Source: Bacillota bacterium (GTDB taxonomy: Bacteria > Bacillota_I > Bacilli_A > RF39 > UBA660). Taken from it: a stretch of DNA of 64,000 bases. The DNA is taken from positions 28,782-92,781 of the forward strand of contig SVAS01000004.1 in assembly GCA_015059285.1 (NCBI GenBank), read 5' to 3'. The position numbers were made by a program, and so were the translations under genes. The notes under the pieces were generated by a model that was given only the letters and a program-made list of their open reading frames with translations, was not told where the DNA came from and made no database searches. This document shows, piece by piece, positions 42,371 to 52,258 of this stretch. Position 1 is the stretch's first letter, and the number at the start of each line of letters is the position of its first letter.

Positions 42371-43816
42371 ATGAGAAAGTTATTTTTATTTTTAATTATT
42401 TTATTTAGCTTTATAAAAGTAGAAGCTAAAGTATATTATAGTGAGTATTCTGATTATGAAGAAGTTTTAGAAAAAGTTGAAGAAACAGATTTATTAAAAA
42501 CTAAAACAGAAGAAAAATATTTGATTTATAAAGAAGATATTACGGAAACATTTTATCCTAGTTACACAGAAGTTACTGATATGATTAAAACAGACGAAAC
42601 AAAAATAGTATCTAGTGAATGGCTAGATAGTGAACCAAGTCAATTACCTGATAGAAATATAATTAAACAACAGTTATATGAATATGAAAGTATGAAAAGT
42701 ATTAGATATATTAAACTTAGTAGTTTAATTAATACTAAATCTACTTTTGATTTATCAGAAATTAGAATCTTAAAAAAAGGTAAGCTAATAGATTTTGATG
42801 TGATTGGTGATAAGGATTATGATATTTTAAAAGATAAAAATTATAATAATTTTATTAGTTTTAATAAGGATGAAGAAATTATTATTGATTTAAAACAAAA
42901 CATTAAAATAGAAGATTTAATGATGACATATCATATTCATATTAAAGATACATCAGATATTTATTTTACTCTTAGTCTTATGGGAGAAGAAAAAGAAAAT
43001 ATATATGCTAGTGCTACTATTTATTCTATTTTGGATACTATCAATGGTAATGATTTTTCTTACCTTATATTTAAAGATCATTTTGATTTAGTTAATCCTT
43101 TATATGATGAAGCTAAACTTAGTGAAGAAAAAGTTTTAGGAACTGAGTTTAATAAAGTTAGATTAGTTACTAAATATAAAACGGAAGATTTATATATTAA
43201 ATATTATAGAGTAGATAGAACATATTTAGATGAATATTATTTAAAACCTCTTGATGGATATTTAATAGATTACGATACTAAAAAAGAGTTTTATTATATT
43301 AAGACAAGAGATAAAGTAGAGATAAAAGAACGTTTAATTATAGATAATTATAATATTAAATTAGAGGATTTTATTTTGAATACAACTGTTGATAATATTA
43401 AAATTACAAGTAATATTAATTATTATAAAAATGGTGAATATGATATTAATTTTATTTTGCCTTTTAAAGTAGTCAAAACAAAAGTCATTGTAGATATCAA
43501 AGAAAATTATTTAAAAATTTTAAAAAAGCAGAATAAGTATTTAAAAGCCTTAGAAGAAGAAAATAGAAAATTATTTATTCAAAATAATGAACTTAATGTA
43601 AAGTTAAAAGAAGTTCTTAAAGATAAAGATGAGGCTATTAATGAAGTAAATGAAAAATTAATCAAATATCAGTACGAAAATAAAAGTTTAAAATCAGATA
43701 AAAAAGAATTGGATGAAGATTTTGAAGAAAAAAGTAATAATAAATTTTTAGTAATTATCCTTTCTATAGTTAGTGCACTTTTTATAACAATTATTTTAAG
43801 AAAAAAGTCGCATTAA
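42371..43816 (+). CDS. Hypothetical exported protein with coiled coil and C-terminal TM anchor
   Basis: AGGAGG RBS, signal peptide, terminal hydrophobic helix plus RKK. Confidence 0.6.
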   Translation: MRKLFLFLIILFSFIKVEAKVYYSEYSDYEEVLEKVEETDLLKTKTEEKYLIYKEDITETFYPSYTEVTDMIKTDETKIVSSEWLDSEPSQLPDRNIIKQQLYEYESMKSIRYIKLSSLINTKSTFDLSEIRILKKGKLIDFDVIGDKDYDILKDKNYNNFISFNKDEEIIIDLKQNIKIEDLMMTYHIHIKDTSDIYFTLSLMGEEKENIYASATIYSILDTINGNDFSYLIFKDHFDLVNPLYDEAKLSEEKVLGTEFNKVRLVTKYKTEDLYIKYYRVDRTYLDEYYLKPLDGYLIDYDTKKEFYYIKTRDKVEIKERLIIDNYNIKLEDFILNTTVDNIKITSNINYYKNGEYDINFILPFKVVKTKVIVDIKENYLKILKKQNKYLKALEEENRKLFIQNNELNVKLKEVLKDKDEAINEVNEKLIKYQYENKSLKSDKKELDEDFEEKSNNKFLVIILSIVSALFITIILRKKSH

Positions 43817-43831
43817 AATAATAACTAGTTT

Positions 43832-43838
43832 TGTCGAA
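43832..43838 (+). promoter_or_regulatory. Putative Spo0A box upstream of spoIIAA
   Basis: Exact TGTCGAA ~50 bp before spoIIAA, a known Spo0A-regulated operon. Confidence 0.55.
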
Positions 43839-43889
43839 TATGAATAATTATTTATTTATGTGTGCTAAATTATATAGGAAGGTGATTAT

Positions 43890-44237
43890 ATGCTAGATAT
43901 TAATATGGAATTTAGAAAGGGTATTTTGTTTATTCGTTTGATTGGTGTGTTAAATGAAAAGACAATTTCTAAACTAGAAGAGGAAGTAACAGAATTGGTT
44001 TCTGAAAATGGAATTAGAAATTTAGTTTTTAATTTAGAAGAAGTTACTAGTATTGATGTTAAAGGTATTAATGCATTACTTAAAAATTATAAAATATGCA
44101 AAAAAAATGATGGTAAGACTTTAGTTTGTAATTTAGATAATTCTTTAGTAAAACATAGAATTTATAATAGCAGATTACTTAAGTATATGTATGAAGCAAG
44201 TGATGAAATAAGTGCTATTAATGTACTTAATTTATAG
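43890..44237 (+). CDS. spoIIAA: STAS anti-anti-sigma factor SpoIIAA-like
   Basis: ILFIRLIGVL..LVFNLEEVTSIDVKGI; precedes sporulation sigma factor. Confidence 0.7.
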   Translation: MLDINMEFRKGILFIRLIGVLNEKTISKLEEEVTELVSENGIRNLVFNLEEVTSIDVKGINALLKNYKICKKNDGKTLVCNLDNSLVKHRIYNSRLLKYMYEASDEISAINVLNL

Positions 44238-44244
44238 GAGGAAT

Positions 44245-44913
44245 ATGACAAAGTTAGATAATCTTGTTTTAGAACATCAAAATTATATATATGGATTAAC
44301 TAAATATTTTGATAATTATTCAAGTAAAGAGGATTTATTTCAAGCAGGGGCTATTGGTCTTATTAATGCTTATGAAAAATTTGATCCAAGTTTAGGAGTA
44401 AAATTTACGACTTATGCTTTTTCTTATATTATTGGTGAGATGAAAAAGTGTGTTAGACAAGAAAGAGATATTAAAGTAGGTAGAAAAATAACTAAAATGA
44501 ATTTGCAAATAGAAAAAGCAAGTATTATACTGTCTCAAAAACTTATGAGAGAACCCAAAACAGAAGAAATTGCTAGTTTTTTAGAAGTTCCAGAATATAT
44601 AGTTTTAGAAGCGCTAAAAACTAAATATAAAATTCAAAGTATTGATGAACCAATTTATAGTGATAGTAAACCAATGTCCTTACATGAAACTATATCATCT
44701 AAATGTGTAGATATAAACACCTTAATTGCATTAAAACAAGAATTGCTTTCTTTAGAAGAACCTGAAAAAAGTATTATGGAGCAAAGATACTTCAATGATT
44801 TAACACAAGCAGAAACTGCTAGTTTACTTGGTCTTAGTCAAGTGCAAGTTTCTAGAAAAGAACAAAAGGTTCTAACATATCTAAGAAATAATTTAATGGA
44901 TAAGGCAAGTTAA
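44245..44913 (+). CDS. sigF: Sporulation sigma factor, SigF/SigG family
   Basis: EDLFQAGAIGL, KFTTYAFSYIIGE, TQAETASLLGLSQVQVSR; spoIIAA/spoVA context. Confidence 0.75.
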   Translation: MTKLDNLVLEHQNYIYGLTKYFDNYSSKEDLFQAGAIGLINAYEKFDPSLGVKFTTYAFSYIIGEMKKCVRQERDIKVGRKITKMNLQIEKASIILSQKLMREPKTEEIASFLEVPEYIVLEALKTKYKIQSIDEPIYSDSKPMSLHETISSKCVDINTLIALKQELLSLEEPEKSIMEQRYFNDLTQAETASLLGLSQVQVSRKEQKVLTYLRNNLMDKAS

Positions 44914-44968
44914 ATATATTTTAACTTGCTTTTATGCTATAATAAATATAGAGAAAAGTAGGTGTTTT

Positions 44969-45388
44969 ATGGATAAAAATTATGCTTTAGAATATTTAAA
45001 TGAAAACGAATTTAGAAAAACCGAAAGAGCTATCAAAAAATATAATATGCTCGCATATAAGAAACTTTTATTTGATTATTATCCGGCTTTAAAAGATGGT
45101 GACTTTAAAGGAGCAGTTGTAAGTAAAAATGAAAAAGAAAAAATTACACAATATGAATTAAAATTACCAACTGATTTAAGTTTTTCTAAAGTTCATGGAG
45201 ATATCACTTTACATTATACTGTTTATGAAAAACAAGGAATAATAATATTAGATAAACTGTCACCTGAAGACATTCTTAAAGAAGGTTCACATAAAGAGCT
45301 TACAACTTATAAAGGTGTTATGGTTTCTAAAAGTCATGCTGAAAAAGATATGTTTAAAATTAATTTATTAAATATGTTAGAAAAGTAA
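44969..45388 (+). CDS. Hypothetical protein
   Basis: ORF with its own TGCTATAAT, RBS and terminator. Confidence 0.6.
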   Translation: MDKNYALEYLNENEFRKTERAIKKYNMLAYKKLLFDYYPALKDGDFKGAVVSKNEKEKITQYELKLPTDLSFSKVHGDITLHYTVYEKQGIIILDKLSPEDILKEGSHKELTTYKGVMVSKSHAEKDMFKINLLNMLEK

Positions 45389-45463
45389 AAAGAATAAAAG
45401 ATTTTTATTCTTTTTTTGTATATAAAAAACAATTTGTCCCATAATAATTCTAGGAGGAAAATT

Positions 45464-45904
45464 ATGGAGAAAAATAAATATAAAGATATAGTTAATCGTC
45501 ATACTCCTAAAGAGAATGTTTTATATAACACAATGATTGCTTTTTTTACAGGGGGATTAATGGGCGTATTAGGACAATTATTAATAGATGCTTATACCTA
45601 TTATTTTAGCATTCCAACTAGTCAAGCTTCGGTATTTATGATTGTTACTTTAATTTTTGTTGGATGTTTACTTACTTGTTTAGGTTTTTTTGATAAATGG
45701 GTTAATTTTTGTAAATGTGGGCTTATAATACCAATTACAGGATTTGCTCATGCTATGATGAGTGCTGCTTTAGAATATCGTAAAGAAGGTTTGGTTACAG
45801 GAATAGGAGCAAACATGTTTAAACTTGCTGGTTCAGTTATCATTTTTGGAGTAGTTAGTGCCTATGTATTTGGATTACTTAGACTTATTTTATTTGGGTG
45901 CTAA
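45464..45904 (+). CDS. spoVAC: Stage V sporulation protein AC
   Basis: AFFTGG, IPITGFA, ALEYRKEG..GIGANMFKLAGSVI. Confidence 0.9.
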   Translation: MEKNKYKDIVNRHTPKENVLYNTMIAFFTGGLMGVLGQLLIDAYTYYFSIPTSQASVFMIVTLIFVGCLLTCLGFFDKWVNFCKCGLIIPITGFAHAMMSAALEYRKEGLVTGIGANMFKLAGSVIIFGVVSAYVFGLLRLILFGC

Positions 45905-46894
45905 ATGACTTTTAAATATAATAATGTATATATAAATGATACTGGAACCGTAACTGGACCCAATGAAGCAAAAGGACCTTTGAGTAAATATTTTGACAAA
46001 AGTTATCAAGACTTTTATTTTGAACTTCCTACTTGGGAACAAGCTGAAAGTAAGATGATACAAGATTGTGTAGATATTGTTTTAAATAAAGTAGATAGAA
46101 CTAAATTTGATATTGATTTATTTATATCAGGGGATTTATTAAATCAAATTTCTGCTTCTAATTTTGCTGCCTCTAGTTTAAATATTTCTTATTTAGGAAT
46201 TTACAATGCATGTGCTACAAGTGTAGAAGGCTTGATTTTAGCTTCTAATATGATTGAAGCAAAACAAATTAAAAACTGTATAACATGTGCTTCTTCACAT
46301 ACAAACGCTGCTGAAAAACAATTTAGATATCCTGTTGAATATGGTGGACCTAAACCAAAAACAACAACATTTACTACTACTGGAGCAGCTTCTGCCTATT
46401 TATCTTACAACAAAAAAGGAATTAAAGTAGAAAGCGCAACTTTAGGCAGTGTTGTTGATGCGGAAGTTAAAGATGCATTCCATATGGGGGCTGTTATGGC
46501 ACCTGCCGCAGCGCAAACAATTTATAAACATCTTTTAGAAACAAAAAGAGAAGCTGATTATTATGATTTAATTTTAACAGGAGATTTAGGAAGATATGGT
46601 AAAAATATTTTAAGAGAATGCATTCAAACTGAATATGGTATTACTTTAAAAAATTATGATGATACAGCATGTATGATTTTTGATTTAGAAAAACAACCTG
46701 TATATGCAGGAGCTAGTGGACCTGCTTGTGCCCCACTAGTTACATATGGTTATATTTTTGATTTGATGAAGAAGAAAGATTTAAAAAGAGTATTACTAGT
46801 TGCTACAGGTGCTTTACATAGTCAAACTACAGTAAACCAAAAACTTACTATTCCTAGTATTGCTCATGCTATTAGTTTGGAGGCGATAGAATGA
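45905..46894 (+). CDS. spoVAD: Stage V sporulation protein AD
   Basis: GDLLNQ, AEKQFRYPVEYG, MGAVMAPAA, TGDLG, IPSIAHAI. Confidence 0.93.
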   Translation: MTFKYNNVYINDTGTVTGPNEAKGPLSKYFDKSYQDFYFELPTWEQAESKMIQDCVDIVLNKVDRTKFDIDLFISGDLLNQISASNFAASSLNISYLGIYNACATSVEGLILASNMIEAKQIKNCITCASSHTNAAEKQFRYPVEYGGPKPKTTTFTTTGAASAYLSYNKKGIKVESATLGSVVDAEVKDAFHMGAVMAPAAAQTIYKHLLETKREADYYDLILTGDLGRYGKNILRECIQTEYGITLKNYDDTACMIFDLEKQPVYAGASGPACAPLVTYGYIFDLMKKKDLKRVLLVATGALHSQTTVNQKLTIPSIAHAISLEAIE

Positions 46895-47241
46895 TATATT
46901 TAAATGCGTTTTTATTTGCTGGTATAGTATGTGCAATTGGACAATTAATTTTAGATAATACTAAACTAACACCGGGACATATTACTACAATATTTGTTGT
47001 AGTAGGAGCTTTTCTAGATATATTTAATTTATATGATAAGTTTATTTTATGGGCAGGTGGAGGAGCATTAGTTCCAATTACTAGTTTTGGTCACTTATTA
47101 ATTCACGGTGCTATGGAAAGTGCTGGTAGTTATGGGATTATGGGACTTGTTATGGGTATGTTTAATTTAACTGCTTCTGGAATTTGTTCTGCGATTATTT
47201 TTTCTTTCTTTTTATCTTTAATATTTAAACCTAGAAGCTGA
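46891..47241 (+). CDS. spoVAE: Stage V sporulation protein AE (AEb type)
   Basis: ICAIGQ-like VCAIGQLILD..LTPGHI, GALVPITSFG, FKP. Confidence 0.9.
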   Translation: MIYLNAFLFAGIVCAIGQLILDNTKLTPGHITTIFVVVGAFLDIFNLYDKFILWAGGGALVPITSFGHLLIHGAMESAGSYGIMGLVMGMFNLTASGICSAIIFSFFLSLIFKPRS

Positions 47242-47282
47242 AACAAGAATAAAAGTATTCTTGTTTTTTAGATAATTAATGT

Positions 47283-47508
47283 ATTTATGTTATAGAAACC
47301 ATTTCTAATATAGTTTTATATATAATAAAAGTGTCAATATCAAAAAATAAAAAGAAATGTTATTGACAGTAAAATATTTATGTTATAAAATAATTCTAGA
47401 ACAATACGTTATACAAAGTAAATAAAAGTATAAAAGTATAAAAGAATAAAAAATTGTTCAAGATAAGAAAGAAGGAGTGGAAAGAGAATGAAATCAAAAA
47501 GAAGAGGG
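47283..47508 (+). repeat. Copy of the pilin upstream/promoter region at 12503-12720
   Basis: Near-identical, with an extra GTATAAAA unit. Confidence 0.9.
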
Positions 47509-48552
47509 TTTACATTGATCGAGTTACTAGCAGTAATAGTAATACTAGCAATAATAGCCCTAATCGCAGTACCAGTAATAATGAATATAATAAGTAGTGC
47601 AAGAGAAAATGCTTTTAAAGATACTATGTATGGAGTAATAAAAGCAGGGGAATTATATTATGCAGAACAATTATTAACAGCAGATGGGATGACAGAAGAT
47701 GTGACATTTACATTTAGTGAAGATGGAGTAAGTCCATCAGGATTAAGCATAAAAGGAAGTCTGCCAACAAGTGGAACAATGACAATAACAAAAGATGGTA
47801 AAATACTCTTAAATGCAACAGATGGAACATATACAGCAACAAAAGATGAAATTAGTACAGAAATAAATGTAGTTAAGGGTGGAGAATTAGAAGAAACACC
47901 AACTACACCTGAAACACCTGCAGTAAAAACATTAAGTGAATTAGCAAGAACCAATGACTTTGCTACAAGTGTAGATGCATGTGCAACAAGCGGCACATGT
48001 GTGGCAGGAACCAAATTTGCGATAGAAGTAGCGCCTGGAGATATCCAAAATTTCTATGTAGTAAGTGATGCTAGTAATAAAGTTACGCTAATCATGGATA
48101 AAAATGTTGATGAAAACACAGTAGCCTGGATAACAAAATCAGACTACTTAACAGCAGGAGGAACAGAAGCAGAATGGGATACAGAATGTGATGAATGTGG
48201 AAACAATAATAAAGGACCAATCACAGCATTAAACTATTTAGAAAGTCAAACAAGTGGATGGACAAATATAGCACCACAGGACTATACATTAACAGATAGT
48301 AAATATGGGACAATAACAAGAACAAATGCGCGTGCTAGAATGTTAACAGAAACAGAAGCAAATGCAATAAGTAGTAACGATTGGTCATATGGAAATTTAG
48401 CAATGCCACCATATGGCTATTGGACAAGCTCTGCTGTTGCGGGCATTGCTGGCAGCGCTTGGTTCGTGTACGGCGTCGGTAGCGTTGACTCCGGCAGCGT
48501 CGACATTGACGGCGGCTACGGTGTGCGCCCAGTTATCGAAATCTCAAAATAA
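47488..48552 (+). CDS. Type IV pilin-like protein with C-terminal CLec-like domain; putative DGR target (pilin 4)
   Basis: RRG/FTLIELL; C-terminal half near-identical to pilin 1; YWTSSA...YGVRPVIEISK. Confidence 0.88.
   Translation: MKSKRRGFTLIELLAVIVILAIIALIAVPVIMNIISSARENAFKDTMYGVIKAGELYYAEQLLTADGMTEDVTFTFSEDGVSPSGLSIKGSLPTSGTMTITKDGKILLNATDGTYTATKDEISTEINVVKGGELEETPTTPETPAVKTLSELARTNDFATSVDACATSGTCVAGTKFAIEVAPGDIQNFYVVSDASNKVTLIMDKNVDENTVAWITKSDYLTAGGTEAEWDTECDECGNNNKGPITALNYLESQTSGWTNIAPQDYTLTDSKYGTITRTNARARMLTETEANAISSNDWSYGNLAMPPYGYWTSSAVAGIAGSAWFVYGVGSVDSGSVDIDGGYGVRPVIEISK
48421..48552 (+). repeat. DGR variable repeat VR2
   Basis: Counterpart of 13621-13752 (offset 34800). Confidence 0.88.
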
Positions 48553-48682
48553 TCATCTAAACTTGGATATTTGTAGTAATATAGTAAGAAGTTAGAAATA
48601 AGGTTTTGAAAAGAATGATAATAAGAGCACATGTGTAAGAAATCTTTGATTTCTTGTAAAAATACGCGAAAGCGTATTTTTT
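48553..48682 (+). repeat. Conserved post-VR region and hairpin/terminator
   Basis: Copy of 13753-13882; AAAAATACGC-GAAA-GCGTATTTTT. Confidence 0.85.
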
Positions 48683-48808
48683 GTTTTTGATTAAAGAAAA
48701 AAGTAGTGAATAGGTTATTAAATGTGGTTTGTTGAAAATAAAAAACAATATAATTTATTTTGAAAACTACTTATAGTTTAATGGAATGTATGTTATAATA
48801 AACCATAG

Positions 48809-49318
48809 GTGATTTATTTGGAAATCATAGGGTATAAGTGTTTTAATGAAGGTTTAATAAATAATCATAATATTAAATTTGAAGTAGGTAAAAAATATGT
48901 TATAAAACCACCAATTAAATTTGGAACTAAAGGTAATGGTTTTCATTTGTGTAAAAGAATGGAAGATACATTGAGATATTTTAATGCTTTAGAAGAAAAT
49001 ATTGATATGTGCTTAGTTAGAGGTAGTGGACAAATTGATAAGCAATATGATGAGTATTATGGTTATTATGATATGTATGCTGTAGAAGAGTTGGAAATAT
49101 TAAAACAGTTAAGCCGTGATGAAATTATAGATATAGCTTTAAACTTAAATGATTTGAGAGTGTGTAGATTTATACAGTCTTTTAAATTAAACGCAAGCGA
49201 AATAGAATTATTTAAGCGTAAATTTCAAAATTATGAAAGTGTATTAAATCATATCAAATATTATCAAGAAAAAGAAACTGGGGTTTTTGTCAAAAAAAGA
49301 GGTGGATTATATGGATGA
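48809..49318 (+). CDS. Hypothetical protein resembling a phage-associated family
   Basis: GYKCFN...FEVGKKY...GFHLC...LRYF motif pattern. Confidence 0.55.
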   Translation: MIYLEIIGYKCFNEGLINNHNIKFEVGKKYVIKPPIKFGTKGNGFHLCKRMEDTLRYFNALEENIDMCLVRGSGQIDKQYDEYYGYYDMYAVEELEILKQLSRDEIIDIALNLNDLRVCRFIQSFKLNASEIELFKRKFQNYESVLNHIKYYQEKETGVFVKKRGGLYG

Positions 49319-52124
49319 AATAATTATTAAAGGTGCTAGAGAAAACAATTTAAAAAATATAAATATAACTTTACCTAAAAATAAACTTATTGTTATGACA
49401 GGGGTAAGCGGAAGTGGAAAAAGTAGTTTAGCTTTTGATACTATTTATGCAGAAGGCCAAAGAAGATATGTAGAATCTTTAAGTGCTTATGCAAGACAAT
49501 TTTTAGGCGGTTCTGAAAAACCTAATGTTGATAGTATAGAAGGTTTATCACCTGCTATTAGTATTGATCAAAAAACCACTAATAAAAATCCTCGTTCAAC
49601 AGTTGGAACAGTAACCGAAATATATGATTACTTAAGATTACTTTATGCTAGAGTAGGAATTCCTTATTGTCCTATTCATCATACCCCTATATCTAGTCAA
49701 AGTATAGAAGAGATGACTAATCAAATTTTGAAATTAGAAGAAAACACTAAAATAAAAGTTCTAAGTCCTATTATTTATGGTGAAAAAGGAACTCATGTAG
49801 ATACTTTGAATGATTTAAAAAAAGATGGTTTTGTTCGCGTCATAGTTGATGATAATGAATATGATTTAAGTGAAGAAATCGTTTTAGAAAAAAATAAAAA
49901 ACACAATATTGAAGTTGTAGTTGATCGCTTAATTATTAAAGAAGGAATTAGAAGCAGATTGTATGAGGCTATTGAAACATCATCTAAACTTTCTAGTGGA
50001 AAAGTAGTAATAGATGTAATAGGCTCATCTAAAATTATAATGAGTGAAAAATATGCATGTCCAGATTGTGATTTCAGTTTGCCAGAATTAGAACCTCGTA
50101 TGTTTTCATTTAATGCCCCTTATGGAGCATGTTCAGATTGTAAGGGTCTTGGAATAAAACTAAAAATAGATGAAGATTTAATTATTCCAAATAAAGAACT
50201 TAGTTTAAATGAAGGTGCTATTGTAGCTGTTAATGTAAGTGATACTAATAATATTACTTATACACAGTTAGATACTGTTTGTAATTACTATAATATTGAT
50301 ATGAATAAAAAAGTTAAAGATTTAACACGAACTGAATTAAATATTATTTTATATGGTTCTAAAGATATTTTAGAGTTTAATTATGTTTCAAAAACAGGAA
50401 ATACTAGAAAAACTAAAGATTTTTTTGAAGGTATCATAACAAATTTAGAACGTAGATATATGGAAACAAAAAGTACTTGGATTAGAGAATGGATTGAACA
50501 ATATATGTTAGAAACAGAGTGCCCAACTTGTAATGGTTCAAGACTAGATGCTTCTATCTTATCAGTTTTAATAGGCGGTAAAAATATTTATGAAGTAACC
50601 TTAATGAGTATTAAGGATTTATATAAATTTATAAATAATTTAAAACTAACAAAAGAACAAACTGAGATAGCTAATTTAATAATTAAAGAAATATCAGAAA
50701 GATTAAATTTCTTAATTAATGTAGGTTTAGAATATTTGACACTTGCTCGTACAGCTTCTACACTATCAGGAGGAGAAGCTCAACGTATTCGTCTTGCTAC
50801 TCAAATTGGTTCACGTTTGACAGGGGTACTTTATGTACTGGATGAACCTAGTATTGGCCTTCACCAAAGAGATAATGAAAGATTAATCAATTCTATGTTA
50901 GAAATGCGTGATTTAGGTAATACTTTAATTGTTGTTGAACATGATACAGATACAATGTTAAAAGCTGATTACTTAGTTGATATTGGACCTAAAGCAGGTA
51001 TGCATGGTGGAGAGATTGTAGCTGAAGGTACACCAGAAGAAGTTATGAAAAATAAAAATAGTTTAACAGGCCGTTATTTAAGCGGAATAGAAAAAATAGA
51101 AATCCCTTCTAAACGTAGAGTTGGTAATAAAAGATATCTTGAAATCAAGGGTGCTAAAGAAAATAATTTGAAAAACATTAATGTAAAATTTCCTCTTGGT
51201 ACATTTACTTGTGTAACTGGAGTGAGTGGAAGTGGAAAAAGTAGTTTGATTAATGAAATATTATATAAAGTAGTAGCGTCTAATCTTTATAAAACAAAAG
51301 TAAAACCTGGTAAATATAAAAGTATTAAGGGATTAGAACACATTGATAAAGTAATTGATATTTCTCAAACGCCAATCGGAAGAACTCCAAGAAGTAATCC
51401 TGCTACTTATACAGGTGTATTTGATGATATTAGAGATGTGTTTGCTGAGACTAAAGAAGCCAAAATTAGAGGTTATGATAAAGGTAGATTTTCTTTTAAT
51501 GTTAAAGGTGGAAGATGTGAAGCTTGTTGGGGAGATGGCGTTAAAAAAATTGAAATGCATTTCTTACCAGATGTATATGTTCCTTGTGAAGTTTGTGGTG
51601 GTACTCGTTATAATACAGAAACTTTACAAATAAAATATAAAGGTAAAAGTATCTATGATGTTTTAGAAATGCGTGTAGAAGAAGCTTTAGAGTTTTTTGA
51701 AAACCATCCTAAAATTAAAAATAAACTTCAAATGCTTATGGATGTTGGGCTTTCTTATGTTAAACTTGGACAAAGTGCACCAACTTTATCAGGAGGAGAA
51801 GCAGCGCGTGTAAAACTTGCTAAAGAACTTCAAAAAAAACCAACAGGTAAAAGTTTATTTATTTTAGATGAACCAACAACCGGATTACACACAGATGACA
51901 TTAAAAAATTATTAATAATTTTAAATCGTATCGTTGATAATGGTGATACTGTTATTGTTATTGAACATAATTTAGATGTAATCAAAGTAGCTGATTATAT
52001 TATTGATTTAGGTCCTGAAGGTGGAGACGGTGGTGGAGCGATTGTTGCTACTGGTACTCCAGAAGAAATAATTAAAGTAGATAATAGTTATACAGGAAAA
52101 TTTTTAAAAAAAATTATAGAATAA
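49311..52124 (+). CDS. uvrA: Excinuclease ABC subunit A
   Basis: Two ABC domains [17 protein letters not shown], Zn fingers. Confidence 0.98.
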   Translation: MDEIIIKGARENNLKNINITLPKNKLIVMTGVSGSGKSSLAFDTIYAEGQRRYVESLSAYARQFLGGSEKPNVDSIEGLSPAISIDQKTTNKNPRSTVGTVTEIYDYLRLLYARVGIPYCPIHHTPISSQSIEEMTNQILKLEENTKIKVLSPIIYGEKGTHVDTLNDLKKDGFVRVIVDDNEYDLSEEIVLEKNKKHNIEVVVDRLIIKEGIRSRLYEAIETSSKLSSGKVVIDVIGSSKIIMSEKYACPDCDFSLPELEPRMFSFNAPYGACSDCKGLGIKLKIDEDLIIPNKELSLNEGAIVAVNVSDTNNITYTQLDTVCNYYNIDMNKKVKDLTRTELNIILYGSKDILEFNYVSKTGNTRKTKDFFEGIITNLERRYMETKSTWIREWIEQYMLETECPTCNGSRLDASILSVLIGGKNIYEVTLMSIKDLYKFINNLKLTKEQTEIANLIIKEISERLNFLINVGLEYLTLARTASTLSGGEAQRIRLATQIGSRLTGVLYVLDEPSIGLHQRDNERLINSMLEMRDLGNTLIVVEHDTDTMLKADYLVDIGPKAGMHGGEIVAEGTPEEVMKNKNSLTGRYLSGIEKIEIPSKRRVGNKRYLEIKGAKENNLKNINVKFPLGTFTCVTGVSGSGKSSLINEILYKVVASNLYKTKVKPGKYKSIKGLEHIDKVIDISQTPIGRTPRSNPATYTGVFDDIRDVFAETKEAKIRGYDKGRFSFNVKGGRCEACWGDGVKKIEMHFLPDVYVPCEVCGGTRYNTETLQIKYKGKSIYDVLEMRVEEALEFFENHPKIKNKLQMLMDVGLSYVKLGQSAPTLSGGEAARVKLAKELQKKPTGKSLFILDEPTTGLHTDDIKKLLIILNRIVDNGDTVIVIEHNLDVIKVADYIIDLGPEGGDGGGAIVATGTPEEIIKVDNSYTGKFLKKIIE

Positions 52125-52258
52125 AACAATGGTACTACCATTGCTTTTATTTTTATATCTAGGTATAATTATATTGGTAATAATATATATTTTAATGATT
52201 ATTTAATAAAAAGGTAATTATTAAAAAATAATGGTTATAATAAAAAGGAGGAATTAGT

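Noticed and set aside
47265-47295. Resemblance of TAATGTATTTATGTTATA to a Xer dif site
   Set aside because: Only the XerD-like arm resembles dif; no convincing XerC arm, and the sequence is AT-rich.
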